A stretch of DNA of 64,000 nucleotides from Lama guanicoe. Taxonomy: Eukaryota. Positions 1 to 13,444 of this stretch are shown here, one piece after another. Numbering within the stretch: position 1 is the stretch's first letter; each line of letters begins with the position of its first letter. A program made the position numbers and the translations under genes. The DNA lies in NCBI GenBank assembly GCA_013239625.1, contig MU053156.1, positions 436,467 through 500,466 of the forward strand, read 5' to 3'. The notes below the pieces were generated by a model. It saw only the letters and a program-made list of their open reading frames with translations, ran no database searches and had not been told where the DNA came from.

Positions 1-2768
1 AAAATGACGTTTGTTCACCATCAAAAATGAACAAGAGTAAACTCCAGTAAAGAGAAAAATCAATGAATTTAAAAGGGTGCAGAATCTGAAAACAAACTAG
101 CTGCAATGTACGTTTAATTGCTCTTAATTGTAAACTACTTAAATCGCCCTTCTCAGGGTTTAATAATTTAGAATCATTAGTTCCCTTCAAAACATAATAA
201 AATATTTACAGTTAGTAAAATATTAACCGACTAACAGCGTGGCTGTGTTGTTTATAAGAGTGTAACTGAAGTCCCGTAATCATGCTGTTGACATAAGCCT
301 GTGAGGTTAGCGAAGTCATCCTTCGCAAAAATGTAAATGAAGATCTTCAGACCATGGTGTTTATAAAATAGCTCATTAATGACCTAAGATTGAATCTCTC
401 CAACTATTTGCATCATCAGATACAGTAACAGTGATGAATCGGACCGGAAAAATCCTGGCTAAAACCATTTGCATTTTTTTCCAGAAATACCGAAGTCCTA
501 ATATCACCAATTCTAAGTTCCTGGACACTGATCTGGAGGAGGATTCTGCAGTTCAACACCAAGGTAAGGAAAGAAACAGCATTATTATCGTTAAGATATT
601 AGTAAAAAATGCGCCTCTCCCCATTTTGAAACGGTTTCAAACGTGGGCAGTGTTAGTAGTTGGTTTTTGCAACACCTCCTCATTCTGACTTGATATTACA
701 GATTAAAAAAAGGTTGTTGATGGAACTTGGTTTGTTTCTTTGCAGCTCCCAGCCTTTTAGCTCTCACCTTGAGTTGTGTTACTTGTGTCACTTTGTTCTC
801 ATAGACTTGTGTTTTGCTTTTTCTCTAACTCCTTCATTTGGGGAGGTGGGAGAGGATGGGGTTTGGCAGGGGGTGGGAACCAGGGGGAAGGAAATGCAAG
901 TTATGCTTCTGAATTTCTGAACCTGTGTCCACAGTTCCATACTTATTAGCCACGTAGATTCATTTCCATGTGCTTTATTTTCCTATCTCAAAAAAAAAAA
1001 GGTAACCAGTCAGTAACAGTAGCAAAATGTATGTTAAGAATAAGGATAGAACAGATCTAAGCAGGAGAAAATACACTATGCACATGCTAAATTCTGTGTA
1101 AGTTGTAAGATAATACATATTTCTTGGAGCTATAGATTGTAGCTTATTTATGTTTAGTTCAGGAAAGCCTACTTTCCCCTGGTATTATTTTAAAAAGTCA
1201 CTCTGCATTTCCTCTTACTGCTTTTACGATTCTGTTTGTTTTGATTGTCAGCCCAGCTGTAACATACTCTGGCGCATGTTTTAAGACAGGGATTGTGTCT
1301 GATGGTGTCAGCATCAGTCACTGAATCCTCTTCCAATTACTTTAAAAGATAGTTATATCAAATTCTGAACTCCCCTGAACACCTGGGTATGTTTCTGGTA
1401 CATGGACTTTGCAGGTACCAAAATGTTTTAGTTACTGTAGCTTTCTATTATTTTCTGATACTTGGTATATTAAATAAAAAATCTCTTGCCTATTTTAGAG
1501 AATTTAGAGTCAACATGTCATAATCATTAAAGAATTTCATTTAGGTTCTGGTTAAGAATATGTTGAATCTATAGGTGTATCTGGGACAGTTGGCAGTTTC
1601 ATACTTTAAAAAAATTTTTTTTCTTTAATCAAAGCTATTTAGCTTTGTCTTTTATTTTTGAAACAGAAAAGGCCTTAATAAAGACAAAACTCAACAAAAA
1701 AAGGAACAGGTATATATCACAAAATTAGAATTCTCCTTTTTTAAATCAAATTTGTTAAATTTCTAAACACAAATCCACACGCATTCAAAATACATTTCTG
1801 GTAATAATTCACGGTATTTTACATTTTCTTCTATGTTAAATGCAGTTTATAATTTTTGCATTCTTTTGCCCAAAATGACGTTTGTTCACCATCAAAAATG
1901 AACAAGAGTAAACTCCAGTAAAGAGAAAAATCAATGAATTTAAAAGGGTGCAGAATCTGAAAACAAACTAGCTGCAATGTACGTTTAATTGCTCTTAATT
2001 GTAAACTACTTAAATCGCCCTTCTCAGGGTTTAATAATTTAGAATCATTAGTTCCCTTCAAAACATAATAAAATATTTACAGTTAGTAAAATATTAACCG
2101 ACTAACAGCGTGGCTGTGTTGTTTATAAGAGTGTAACTGAAGTCCCGTAATCATGCTGTTGACATAAGCCTGTGAGGTTAGCGAAGTCATCCTTCGCAAA
2201 AATGTAAATGAAGATCTTCAGACCATGGTGTTTATAAAATAGCTCATTAATGACCTAAGATTGAATCTCTCCAACTATTTGCATCATCAGATACAGTAAC
2301 AGTGATGAATCGGACCGGAAAAATCCTGGCTAAAACCATTTGCATTTTTTTCCAGAAATACCGAAGTCCTAATATCACCAATTCTAAGTTCCTGGACACT
2401 GATCTGGAGGAGGATTCTGCAGTTCAACACCAAGGTAAGGAAAGAAACAGCATTATTATCGTTAAGATATTAGTAAAAAATGTGCCTCTCCCCATTTTGA
2501 AACGGTTTCAAATGTGGGCAGTGTTAGTAGTTGGTTTTTGCAACACCTCCTCATTCTGACTTGATATTACAGATTAAAAAAAGGTTGTTGATGGAACTTG
2601 GTTTGTTTCTTTGCAGCTCCCAGCCTTTTAGCTCTCACCTTGAGTTGTGTTACTTGTGTCACTTTGTTCTCATAGACTTGTGTTTTGCTTTTTCTCTAAC
2701 TCCTTCATTTGGGGAGGTGGGAGAGGATGGGGTTTGGCAGGGGGTGGGAACCAGGGGGAAGGAAATGC
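1..2768 (+). repeat. Direct duplication: 1-897 is repeated at 1872-2768 (offset 1871)
   Basis: Near-identical sequence and duplicated ORFs (431..688 vs 2302..2559). The differences I saw are two C/T changes at CpG (612 vs 2483; 642 vs 2513). Identity ends after GAAATGC (897/2768). Confidence 0.95.
485..563 (+). other. Candidate 79-nt internal exon of an unidentified transcript (second copy 2356-2434)
   Basis: Acceptor TTTGCATTTTTTTCCAG, donor AAG|GTAAGG; two of three frames are open. No homologue recognised. Confidence 0.35.
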
Positions 2769-2912
2769 TACCTACGGCTCCCAGGGTGGCTCCCTGAAGG
2801 TTTACTGTCCAGCTCACTCCCTTCCTTTCCCAGCTGGTCTTGGACTGAACCCACCGCTGTGCTGGTGCTCTCTCTGTCTCTATATATATATTTTAATTTG
2901 TGGGTTTTTATG

Positions 2913-3027
2913 TGGGGGAGTAATTAGGTTTATTTACTCACTTATTTTAACAGAGGTACCGGGGGGTTGAACCCAGGGCCTCATGCAGGCTGAGCAGGCA
3001 CTTTGCCCCTGAGCTATACCCTTCCCC
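2913..3027 (-). mobile_element. tRNA-derived SINE, Vic-1-like (camelid)
   Basis: The reverse complement starts GGGGAAGGGTATAGCTCAG (A box), contains GGTTCAACCCC (B box) and ends AAATAAACCTAATTACTCCCCC. Confidence 0.8.
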
Positions 3028-3221
3028 AGCAATTTCATACTATTGAACGTCCTTATGCAAGAACATAGTCTATTTAGGTGCCCTCTTGTGTCTTTCAATT
3101 CTTTAGCTGGAACATAACCTGACTATGTTTAGAGAAGAAACAAAACAAAAAGCACCTCCATGATACTTGTATTCGGCCAAATCAAGAGTTCTTTCTTTTT
3201 TTTTTTTTTAAGAAAAAAATT

Positions 3222-3298
3222 TAGGTGTAATTAGGTTTATTTATTTATTCTTAGAGGAGGTCCTGGGACTCTTACCACTTGAGCTACCCCCTGCCCCC
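3222..3298 (-). mobile_element. Internally deleted Vic-1-like SINE
   Basis: GTAATTAGGTTTATTTATTT tail joined to a ...TTGAGCTACCCCCTGCCCC head. Confidence 0.6.
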
Positions 3299-5289
3299 AG
3301 GAGTTCCTTTTGTGATTGTTGTTCTAGAAGAGGTCAAATTACTAAATGTGTTAGTTTTTAAAATTAAAAAAAAATACACTAGCTTTGGCCATTTGCACAC
3401 ATAATCTCAGTCCTCTTGTATCACAAAATATCACTCAATAAATACTTGTTATTAGTTGGGAAACGGGGAAGGTTATTTCCAGACCTGTCAGCTTCCACCT
3501 CCGGATTTACACCACCTCTCCCTGTGGTCAGAGCAGGTGCTCCTGCAGCAACAGGCCCTCTCTCAGTGCTGACTCCTGACACATTTCAAACCTTAGGAAG
3601 TATTGGTTTATCAGTTATCAACTGCAGTTCTCACACATCCTAACAGACTCACATCTATGGGCATTTTATGTAGAAGACAAGTAATGGGAGAAGGTGAGAT
3701 CTTCAGTGTCTTGTAATCGAAGGAGACCTGGATTATGATAAGCACAGAAGGCCGAAAGGGGTTGTGACAACTTGTGTTTGGGCTACAAGTGGAGGCTCTG
3801 CTTTTAGGGGCTGTTCTTCTGAGCCCCGGTACCAGCAGACTGCTTTGTGAGCTGTTAAGTTTCCTGATATTAGTCCTTTAAGGGCAACGCTTTTAAGCAG
3901 TACTTTAAATGGGTAGACGAACTCGGGAGAGCCATGAGTTGGGGGCTGTGGAAGGAAACGGGTCTGGCTACAGACAATCCTGTGGGAGGAATTCTGGTTC
4001 TGTCTACTGGCTTTGGAGCAGCTGCCCTCTTTGTTGATGGTGGGGATGCTCACAGAAGTGTGTCACTCTCCACCTCCCCCAGCCAGGCAGAGCTCAGTGC
4101 TTCCTCCTCATGCTCCCAAGCCATCCAGCGTTTATTCTGACTTTGCAGATAACACGTTTCGTGATACTCACCTATGTGTTTGTTAGACCCCCACTACATT
4201 AAGCTACATGAAGGCAGGATCGTGTTGTATTTGTCTAGCCCCTACTGAAATTCAGATATTGCAGCATCAACTCACAATTCCCTCTGTGGCTCTTAGTTGA
4301 GTGGAATTTTTCTTACCTCTCTCTTTCTTAATAAAGCACCAGAAATTCATTAATTGAGGTTAGTTCAGGTGTTCACATTCATAATTCTCTTCCAGTAATA
4401 CTATGAGCTTTCCTTATCTTCAAGCAACAGCAAACAGGAGAGTTTGAAGAATCTTCATTCTTCTGGAGAGTTCATTATCCAATAACCTAGTCTATGAGAA
4501 TTGCTTGTGGAACACCTAAGATTTAACTGGATGATATAAATGCTGTTTTGCATAGAACAACTTCTAAAGATGCTCCCACTCAAGAGTTTCATGTTTATTA
4601 ATTTGATAGAAGTAATTATATTGTCTATACAGTATTCACTTCCTCTGTTTACCTAAATAGGCAATTAAAATTATGAAAATTACCCAACAAAGATTCATCT
4701 TGACCTTAAAGCAGCGTGTACAAGGCAGCCAAAACAGAACAGTTTTATTTTTAATATTTTAAGAATTTTTTTAATTAAAAGAATGAGAAACTAATCCACA
4801 TAATCTTTGACTCTTTGAAGCACCTTTGGATCCATTTCACTTTGTTTATTTAGTGTCAATTAAGAGATTCCCCAAGAAATGGAAGGAGGGCTGCTGAGGA
4901 AGCTGGCTTTGGGAGATGAAGCTATGTTCCTATGGATCGTAAATCTGTTGATGGGTTTCTTCCCCCCACGCCTTTTTTTTTTTATAAAACTGCCAGGCCC
5001 ACTCACTCCCTGTATACAGGATTCTGTGGTTTGTGGAAATTGCCAAGTGTTGTTTGATATGTTGTGTTTCATTAATTTGATATATTATTTACATTAATTT
5101 GTTACACCATTTTCAAACACAAACATAGTTGTCTGATTTCTTTCTTTCTCGGGTGATGCAATGAACAGAGAGCAGGAGGATAAAATGTTTTCCTTTAAAA
5201 AAGTCCGCTTATACAGGTATTTGTTGAGCGTCTCCTTTGCAGGCAGAATGGGCTGCTGTGGCTCCAGCACCAGCCGTGCTGCTTCAGGG

Positions 5290-5450
5290 TTAGGGGGCCT
5301 CTCAGCCTTAGTCTCCTTGTCTGGGATGAGCAATTAAAATCATGATTTCTACAGTTGTCGGAGGATAAATGAGACGATTCATACAGAGCAGTTGGCATAG
5401 TGCCTACCACATGGGGGAATGCTCGGTAAATGGTACCTGCTACATTCTTA
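5290..5450 (+). mobile_element. MIR SINE fragment
   Basis: CCTCTCAGCCTTAGTCTCCTTGTCTG...GAGGATAAATGAGA...ATAGTGCCT...GCTCGGTAAATGGTA resembles the MIR core and tail. Confidence 0.55.
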
Positions 5451-5815
5451 TCACTGTGCCAGGCCTGGGGGGTGACATAGAAGATGTTTAAGACGTTGAC
5501 TATGTTTAAAGAGCTTACACTATTAATAATACTTGCTGTATTACATTAAGAATCTTGGGCTCTCCACAACAGGTTGAAACATTATACATGATTCATTTAA
5601 AAAGTATCCTTGCCTACAAAATGTACCGTTCATGTAGATGTATAAATTACATTTGATACAGGATATACTTGTACTTTATTATATTGCCTTTTATTGTAAG
5701 ATTAAAAACACAGCTACAGAAAAATGCATACACAAAAATGTACAGTTTAAGAAATTATTATAAGGCAGACAACCGTGAAGCACCACTCATTTTAAGAACT
5801 AAGAATATTGCCAGC

Positions 5816-6248
5816 TGTGATGGCTGATTTTGTGTGCTAACGGGGCAGGTTGCAGAAAGCTCAATGAAACACTGCTTTCTGGGCATGTGTCTGCGAGGAT
5901 GTTTCCAGATGAGACTGCATTTGAATCTGTGGACTCAGTAAGGTAGATGAGCCTCTTCAATGTGGATGGGAATCATCCAATCCACTGAGGGTCTGAATAG
6001 AACAAAAAGCAGAGAAGAGACATTTGACTCTTTGCTGCTGCCTCACTGTTGAGCTGGGACATCCCCCAACCCATGGACTGGGATTTGCACCGTTGGCTCT
6101 CCTGGGTCTCCAGTTGAAGACTGCAGCTCAGATGGTGTGACTTCTCGGCCTCAATAACTGCATGAACCTTCATATGTCTGTCTCTGTCTCTATTCTCTGT
6201 GTATCCTGTTGGTTCTTTCCCTCTAGACTTCCTTTCCTGACTAACACA
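5816..6248 (+). mobile_element. Solo LTR, MLT2-like (ERVL)
   Basis: Begins TGTGATGG(C)TGATTTTGTGTG and ends CCTGACTAACACA; internal GTGGACTCAGTAAGG and CAATCCACTGAGGGTCTGAATAGAACAAAAAG are typical of MLT2. Confidence 0.75.
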
Positions 6249-7840
6249 GCACCCTTTTCAGATAAACCTTTGTGAACATGTCCCAATCACAGCACCTTCA
6301 TCCCTCCCAACGTAACCACAATCCTGCTGTGTGTAGTAAGCCCTTCCTTTCCTTTCTTTTGTCATCCAAGTGAGCATCTTTAGTTCAGCCTTGCCCATTT
6401 TGTTCAACTTGATACATCTTTTATGCCTCTTTTAATCTATAGGTTCCTCGGCCATTCCTTTCTTTTACAGTGTATCTGTGAAGAACTCAGTCCACAGTCT
6501 GGATTTTGCTGATTGAGCACTCATGATGCATTTCAGCATGTTCTTCTGTCCTTTGTATTTTCTGTAGTTTGGCAGCTGGATCCAGACACTCAGACTTGGG
6601 TTCAATCTCTTTGGCAATACTATGGTTTTCATCAGGAGGTTCGTAATGTTTGAATTTTGCTCTTTTGTAATGTTTATAGCACTTGATGTTTAAAGTTTAG
6701 ATATATTTATTGAGGTTGCAAAAAGGCAATGTTTAATTCTACCACTTCTCTGTTTATTAGTTGGCATAATTTTATAAGGAGATGCTCACTCTCACCTCCT
6801 AATTGGTTACCCAATGGTAGAGTTCAGATAGGAGTGGCAGTATAAGGATTTGATTCTTTTTTTGTTTATTTACCCAATTTTCAAGATAATGAAGTGGTTC
6901 TCTATTATTCTGAGGAGATGACCAATTAGTTTATCTTAATATCATTACAGAATATAAATATATTTGATGGGTTTCTATTGATTGTTATTTTAATCCTCAA
7001 TATTCATTGTCCTATATTCTTTCAAGTTGGCTCCAAAGTCTTCTGATATCAGAATGACCTTTCCTTGCTCTCTGGTGGTATGTCAAAATATTTCAGGTTA
7101 TCTGTGTATTGCTTGCTCCTGACCTGGAATCAGCCATTTCTCCAAGAAGCTCTGGTGTCTTTTAATAGGAAATGGTATATCAGGACCACAGTTGAGGCTT
7201 CAGAATCACTCATTGGAACTGGGGTTGTCATTGTTCCGAGGTTTTATCAGAGAATTCGTTCTAATATTTCCAGTTTAAATATAGGACTACAGGCTTTGTC
7301 CTTTACCTTGTCTTTATTACATCTGGATTTTCTTCTGCCTGTACTGGAGATCTTGGTTCTCAAGGCCTTAGGGGATGATAGATCTGGAATGTCCCCACAT
7401 TACTCGTTTCCTTTATCCCATGTTACACATGGACAGTCTCAGAGTAACAGAGCTTCTGTTGAGATTTGCTGTCATGATTCCTGAAAGCAGTTAGGTTTGT
7501 TTCCATATACTCTGGCTATTTGCCCCCCTTTTAATAACTGTATTGTATCTACATCGTCAGATCATGTTACTCTTTACCGTCTCAAACACCTTTTCTCATT
7601 AAATCTTAGTTCCATAAGTAACAACATATTTAGTGCTCAACTCCAGTCTTTCTGTCCATGTCTTTGTAGTCATTTTAGCTGCCTGAAGATCATTCTCTAT
7701 CAATTCCCAAGGAAAGACCTACGGGAATGATATTCTCTGAGCTCCTACATGCTGGCAGCAGTTTGTGAATGGCCTTTATACATTTTACATTCTTTCCCTT
7801 GAGTGTCTTCAATGTGTTACTTCATTTATCTATTTTTTTT

Positions 7841-8335
7841 NNNNNNNNNNNNNNNNNNNNNNNNNNNNNNNNNNNNNNNNNNNNNNNNNNNNNNNNNNNN
7901 NNNNNNNNNNNNNNNNNNNNNNNNNNNNNNNNNNNNNNNNNNNNNNNNNNNNNNNNNNNNNNNNNNNNNNNNNNNNNNNNNNNNNNNNNNNNNNNNNNNN
8001 NNNNNNNNNNNNNNNNNNNNNNNNNNNNNNNNNNNNNNNNNNNNNNNNNNNNNNNNNNNNNNNNNNNNNNNNNNNNNNNNNNNNNNNNNNNNNNNNNNNN
8101 NNNNNNNNNNNNNNNNNNNNNNNNNNNNNNNNNNNNNNNNNNNNNNNNNNNNNNNNNNNNNNNNNNNNNNNNNNNNNNNNNNNNNNNNNNNNNNNNNNNN
8201 NNNNNNNNNNNNNNNNNNNNNNNNNNNNNNNNNNNNNNNNNNNNNNNNNNNNNNNNNNNNNNNNNNNNNNNNNNNNNNNNNNNNNNNNNNNNNNNNNNNN
8301 NNNNNNNNNNNNNNNNNNNNNNNNNNNNNNNNNNN
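7841..8335. other. Assembly gap (N run)
   Basis: N run flanked by poly-T. Confidence 1.
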
Positions 8336-9431
8336 TTTTTTTTTTTTTTGCTGTATTTATTTCCTTTTGTGATCCTTCTGTTCTGTGAGTCTTCATTTCT
8401 GAAGTGATAATTTTCGTTTCAACTTTTCTTTAAATCTGTCACCTCATTTCTGAATTCGAATTCTGACTTAGGTCAGTCTTTCATGTCTAGTACCATCATT
8501 TTCTTAATGTCTTTTAGTTCATTCTGAAATGCTGCATTACAATTTTGTTCTGTTATTTTGAGCATGTTTCTGGAATGCTGTAACTATTTACAGGATTGTG
8601 ATTCTATTTCTTCTCTTTTTTTCTTATAGTAATTTACCGTGGGATTTGACCTTCGTAGCTGTCTGTTGCTTGTTTCTGTGTGAATTGAGTTTTCCAGAAC
8701 TTCAGAAGGAGGGCTTGGCTCAGGTGGATTTTCTGACTTTACAGAACTCCCCCTTCTGTTGTTTTCACGTGATATTAAAAAATATGGTGGCTTGATTTTT
8801 GAGCTTTCTTGGCTCCTTTCTTCTCCTGCACTTCATCTGAATTTTTCCTTTCCTTTGTCTCCATTGTCTTGTTCTGCTTGATTTTTGCTCCACTCCCAGA
8901 AGTGTCCGCTCACTGTGAAGCCCTGTCCTTACAATGATCTGCCTGGTCACGTTGGAGAGTTCACGAGTGTAGGGATGGATCTCAGTACCGCTGGAGTGGG
9001 CAAAGTCATGCCTGATTGCAGCTTCTCTTCTCAGCTTGGCCTGACACACTTTCCCGGAAATGCCTGTTGCTTATTTCTCAGGGTTGTCAGATGCTTTGCT
9101 GCATCCCTCTGGTTTCTCTCACAAAGATGGTGATAACTAGTAGGATTTTATGCCTATTAATGGTTTGTCTCCACCTTCTTGTATCTTGGGGTTTGTGGAG
9201 ATATCTTGCTTAGTTTTATTGGGAAATGTTGTTCATGAGACTTTTGATTTACTACATAAATTGCTTTCTCTGTTTTTATCTGGAGGTTAGGGGAGGTCCA
9301 CAAACTTTGTTGCCAACTCTGGCACCAACTTCGCAGTATCCTCACATATTTCACTATAGTCTTTTATTACCATATTTTCATTTGAGATTAAATTAAAAAT
9401 GTAAAAAAATACATCCCAATTAATAGAAATA

Positions 9432-9930
9432 AGAGTTCTGAAGGCAGAGCCTTAAGCAATCTTCTCTGCAGGTAGTCGATCTGAAAGTGATCCCAGAGAG
9501 TCAGGGTGTGGGGCAGGGACAGTAAAGAGGAAGAAGGAAAACCAGCACAAGGGTCTGTTATGGGGATGCCTGCCTTACAGACAGCTACCTGAGGCTGGAA
9601 CCTCTCACAGAGCTTCATGAAATGCGTCTCAGTACTCAGAAACACCTGGACAGCATAAGAACAAAGTGTTCATACACCTGCCCCATTCTCCATTGAGCAG
9701 GGCTGGCCCACAGTGTAGGTCCCCACCCTTCTGCGTTGCGCACGGGCACAGGCAGAGTGGATTCCCTTGGGCATCACAAGCCAGGCTCTGAGAAACATCA
9801 GGTAGGAAGAGATAGATCCTGTTGACAATGCAGGATGCTGTTTGATTACAGCATCTCATGAAGCTGGTCAAAACCTGTGTGGAACCAGCTAGCATAGCAG
9901 TGGATGGAGTAAACTCTGGGAGCATGAGGG
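9432..9930. mobile_element. Old ERVL/MaLR-type LTR (LTR16-like); also present in each tandem copy
   Basis: GGCAGAGCCTTAAGCAA...GCAGGTAG...AAGTGATCCCAG...GTGGGGCAGGG...AAGGAAAACCA motif order resembles LTR16-class LTRs. Confidence 0.45.
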
Positions 9931-12900
9931 TATTGAAAGTGTCTCAGGAGGTATTCATAAAGGTTGGGTGAAAGCTTAGTAAAGCATCTAAAAACAGCGT
10001 TTTCTTAATCAATAGCCTAAGCAAGTTTCAGAGGAAACGCTTAAAGCACCTGGGAGTAGATTTGAGGTAATGAAACAAATTTTAAATAAACCTAATGCAA
10101 TCAGCCCTGCTCACCTACGGATATTTTGAAGTATTCTCATGTCTTTGTTGACTTAAGTCTCTAGAGTTATCTTGGAGGTAACCACATGGAAAGTTAGTGT
10201 AAGTGTAAGTGACTCTGCTATGGTGAGCCACAGGAGCTATTAGCAACGTATAATCAAATACAGTATGCGAGGAGACATGCATGTACGTACGTATGGGGGG
10301 TGTGTGTGTGTGTGTCTGAGTTCGTATACGGATATTCTGTTCAAAAATATCATTTTATTCAGACTTTAGAAAGGGGCAGGGATACCAGGGTTGTGGCTGG
10401 AGGTGCTTTCCTGAGTTCACAGCCAGTCAGCTCAGGATAATCAGATCTTCACCTCTCAACACACTTCAGCCAGGCTTCTGCCCCAATTCCATGAAACTAC
10501 TTTTCCCTAGGTCACTGTTAACCCTCATGTTCCAGGATATGGTTAGTAAAATCTAATGGAAGTCATTTAAAATTAATCTCTTGGAAACTGACCAATATTT
10601 ATATGTCTATGTGTATGACAGACAAAAATTATTGTATGAATACAACCATATAGCAGGCAGAACCTTAACCCTAGGTAAGTTAGACATATTTTATTTGATT
10701 TTATCTGAGAGCACCTAGGTACCTTTTGTTAAGACACTCATTAAAGTTCTTAAAGTGTTCAGTATTACTACAAATGCTTATATTTTATTTGTCAGTGTCC
10801 TGTTTAATTTGTTATTTGTCACTAACCAAGTCATTTTGTAATTAGTATATAATGGGCCTAATTTTATTCAATCTATATAGCACAAAGATGTAATTATTAC
10901 AGTCTTCCCAGGGAGGTGTCGGGCTGGCAGGCATGGTGGCCCCTAGCTGGGCCAGGTGTGTGCCTGGCTTCAGCCAGGAGGACATGGAGCAGAGTGCACG
11001 TGATCTGGGGGGCCAGAGAAAGAGTCAGGAGTGGAGAGGGGCAGCAGGTGCAGAGCCCCTGGGCCTGGCAGGTTTGCAGGGGGAGAGCAGCGAGAGCCAG
11101 CTCTGAGGGGCAGCCTGCATTGGGAACTCAGGAACAACTCTCCTGCGCTAGCTCTCCTCTAAAGTGTTGTGGCCCCCTGTGTGTCGCTTCCCCCCTGAAT
11201 GGTGACTAGGCTGGGCTCTGGGTTCGGGACTTAATTGGTGCGGCTGGCTCGTATGGAGCAAAACTATAAAGCGATGGGCAGGGATTCCTCCCTGTGATGA
11301 ATCCTGCTAGTGCAGGCTATGGGTGGTTTTGGAGCCAGAAGTGTAAAGTGCACCTGCTTTTTCTGTCATCAGAGGACTTCAGACAAGGGCTTTCCTGAGG
11401 GGCCTCAGCGTGGGGGTCGTGGGGCTTTGCTCATAGTAACCAGCGTGTGTGTCCTGGTGGACAGTGTATCTGACTGAAACTGGCAGGCCTGGTAATCTGT
11501 GACTGCAAGAGGACTCTTATTTGTAGATGTGAATTAATTGTATTAGTTATAAGACTATCCCAACAGCCTCATCCAAAAGGAGTCTCATCAGAGCTGACAC
11601 CACAGAACCCTTTCCCCTCTCCCACACCTTGCAATGAACAGCATTTGAATTTGAGGTTAATGTATATTAAAAACACCATTTTCATTTTACTTCCTTTGTA
11701 TTCTCAGTGAAAGGTAATAGGTAACCAAAGCAAAAAATGGTGAACTGATGAAAAAATGGTCATTTTTGGCAGGTCAAGTTGTTACTCTGGTGCTTAAAAA
11801 AATGTCATTAATCAGGATTTTCCAGTAGCCAGATTGTCTGGTACAGGTGGCTGGGTGACTCACAGATTTGGCTCTGATAGTAATTGTAGACTTTGTGACC
11901 TTCTCATGGCTTGGAAGGGACCGACTTAGAGTATTTTACACCCCACATCTGGCAACGTGACCAGCAGGCTGTGGGGAGTACTCTGCCCAGGCACATCTGG
12001 GCTGGGAGGGCTGTGGACCTACTGAACTGGAATAGTACCAAACACTCCCATCCTGGAGCACACTGCCCCTTTCCCCCACCACCTCGCATCTGTCCTGAGT
12101 CAGGAGCTCCACAAGTGGGGACTTACTCTCCCTGATCACCTGTCAAGGGAGGCTGCTTTGTGTCTGTGAGCCTCTCCTGCCACCCCCTTGTGGCCTCCCC
12201 TCACTAATTTCCTCTGCTCTTGGTTAAGACGTCCATAAGCATTGAATGACTTACCCCAGTGATCAGGGTTAGCTTCACGAGCACAGTGAATTCTTCATCA
12301 AATCATACAAAGTGATGACATAATTAGAGGTTTCTCATCAGAAAGATGTTTTCTGAAATATGACTTCTACGTCACCTTCCAATGCTGTTAATCATTTACT
12401 CCCATTCCTTCCAAAGAGCTTTGCACTTACAGTATAGCTGTCCTAAGTGGTGCTGCTGGAGACAGAAATAAACATGGATTTATTTAGCAGTGTTTTTGTG
12501 AGCCTTAGGTTTCCTGTGCTGGAAATGAATTAATAACAAAGAGTTTATTTTTATGCAGTTCAGATTACTTTGCATGATTTCTCCCCAGCAATGTGAATGT
12601 CTTCCTGTGCCAATCTGTAGCTTCTTTTATTTTTGTCTACTTCATTTTTGAAATTGGTGGAAATTTCACATTAAACATTAAAAGCAGAAAAGCACTTTGC
12701 AAAATTTGAGTCACATTGGATTCTGAATACCCAGAATCCAACCAATTCTGAAAATAAATTCTAACATTTTAAAGATTGTTAGAGGATTTGTTACCTGTGG
12801 TTTTAGCAGAGTATCTCCCATCATGTGCCTGCATGATGAAATTGAAGAAATTCTGTAATGCTTTTATACTTGAGGAAAAACTTCATGGTTTCTCAGTTAC

Positions 12901-13350
12901 TCAAACAGTTGAACGATACACACACTGATCACAGGTATTAAAGGGAAATTAATCAAAATATTATTTATTGACCTTTGGAATGGATATGCCATGGTCATTC
13001 ACTGGACACAATAAAAATAACTATGATTCGCCATTTTGGCCAGGTGGAAATCATATTTCAAGCATTGCCACATGTTGGTTATAAGAATTACAAGCCACCA
13101 AACAGGAAGTTAGCAGGCAAAGCATTCTCTTAACCGTGGTTAAGAATCATTCTGATCAACCACAGGTTTACGCATATTGTTTTTATTCAGTAACCATCTT
13201 CCCAGCCGATCGCCATCTTTTCAAGTAGGTGCTGTTGTCTTTGGTCACAAAGCTTGATCTGGGTGATTTCAGGTTTATTCACAACAAACGCGCTGGTTTC
13301 TGGGAGCTAAGCTGTGAGCCTCGGGATGGATGGTGGGGATGTGGGGCTGC

Positions 13351-13444
13351 NNNNNNNNNNNNNNNNNNNNNNNNNNNNNNNNNNNNNNNNNNNNNNNNNN
13401 NNNNNNNNNNNNNNNNNNNNNNNNNNNNNNNNNNNNNNNNNNNN
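13351..13444. other. Assembly gap (N run)
   Basis: N run; the sequence after it restarts at the equivalent of 9432. Confidence 1.

Noticed and set aside
2913..3027. tRNA gene
   Set aside because: A and B boxes are present but followed by the SINE-specific tail and seen in several copies; it is a SINE
7065..7484. 139-aa ORF repeated at 15942
   Set aside because: It lies in degraded old L1-like sequence; recurrence reflects the tandem block, not conservation
7765..8407. ORFs of 188-212 aa
   Set aside because: They are open only because they span the N gap
11230..11310. ATTGG plus TATAAA and an imperfect hairpin in the tandem unit
   Set aside because: Short motifs with no downstream exon or ORF support
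11708..11713. 6-nt microexon-like TGAAAG between an AG and GTAATA
   Set aside because: Too short to support from sequence alone
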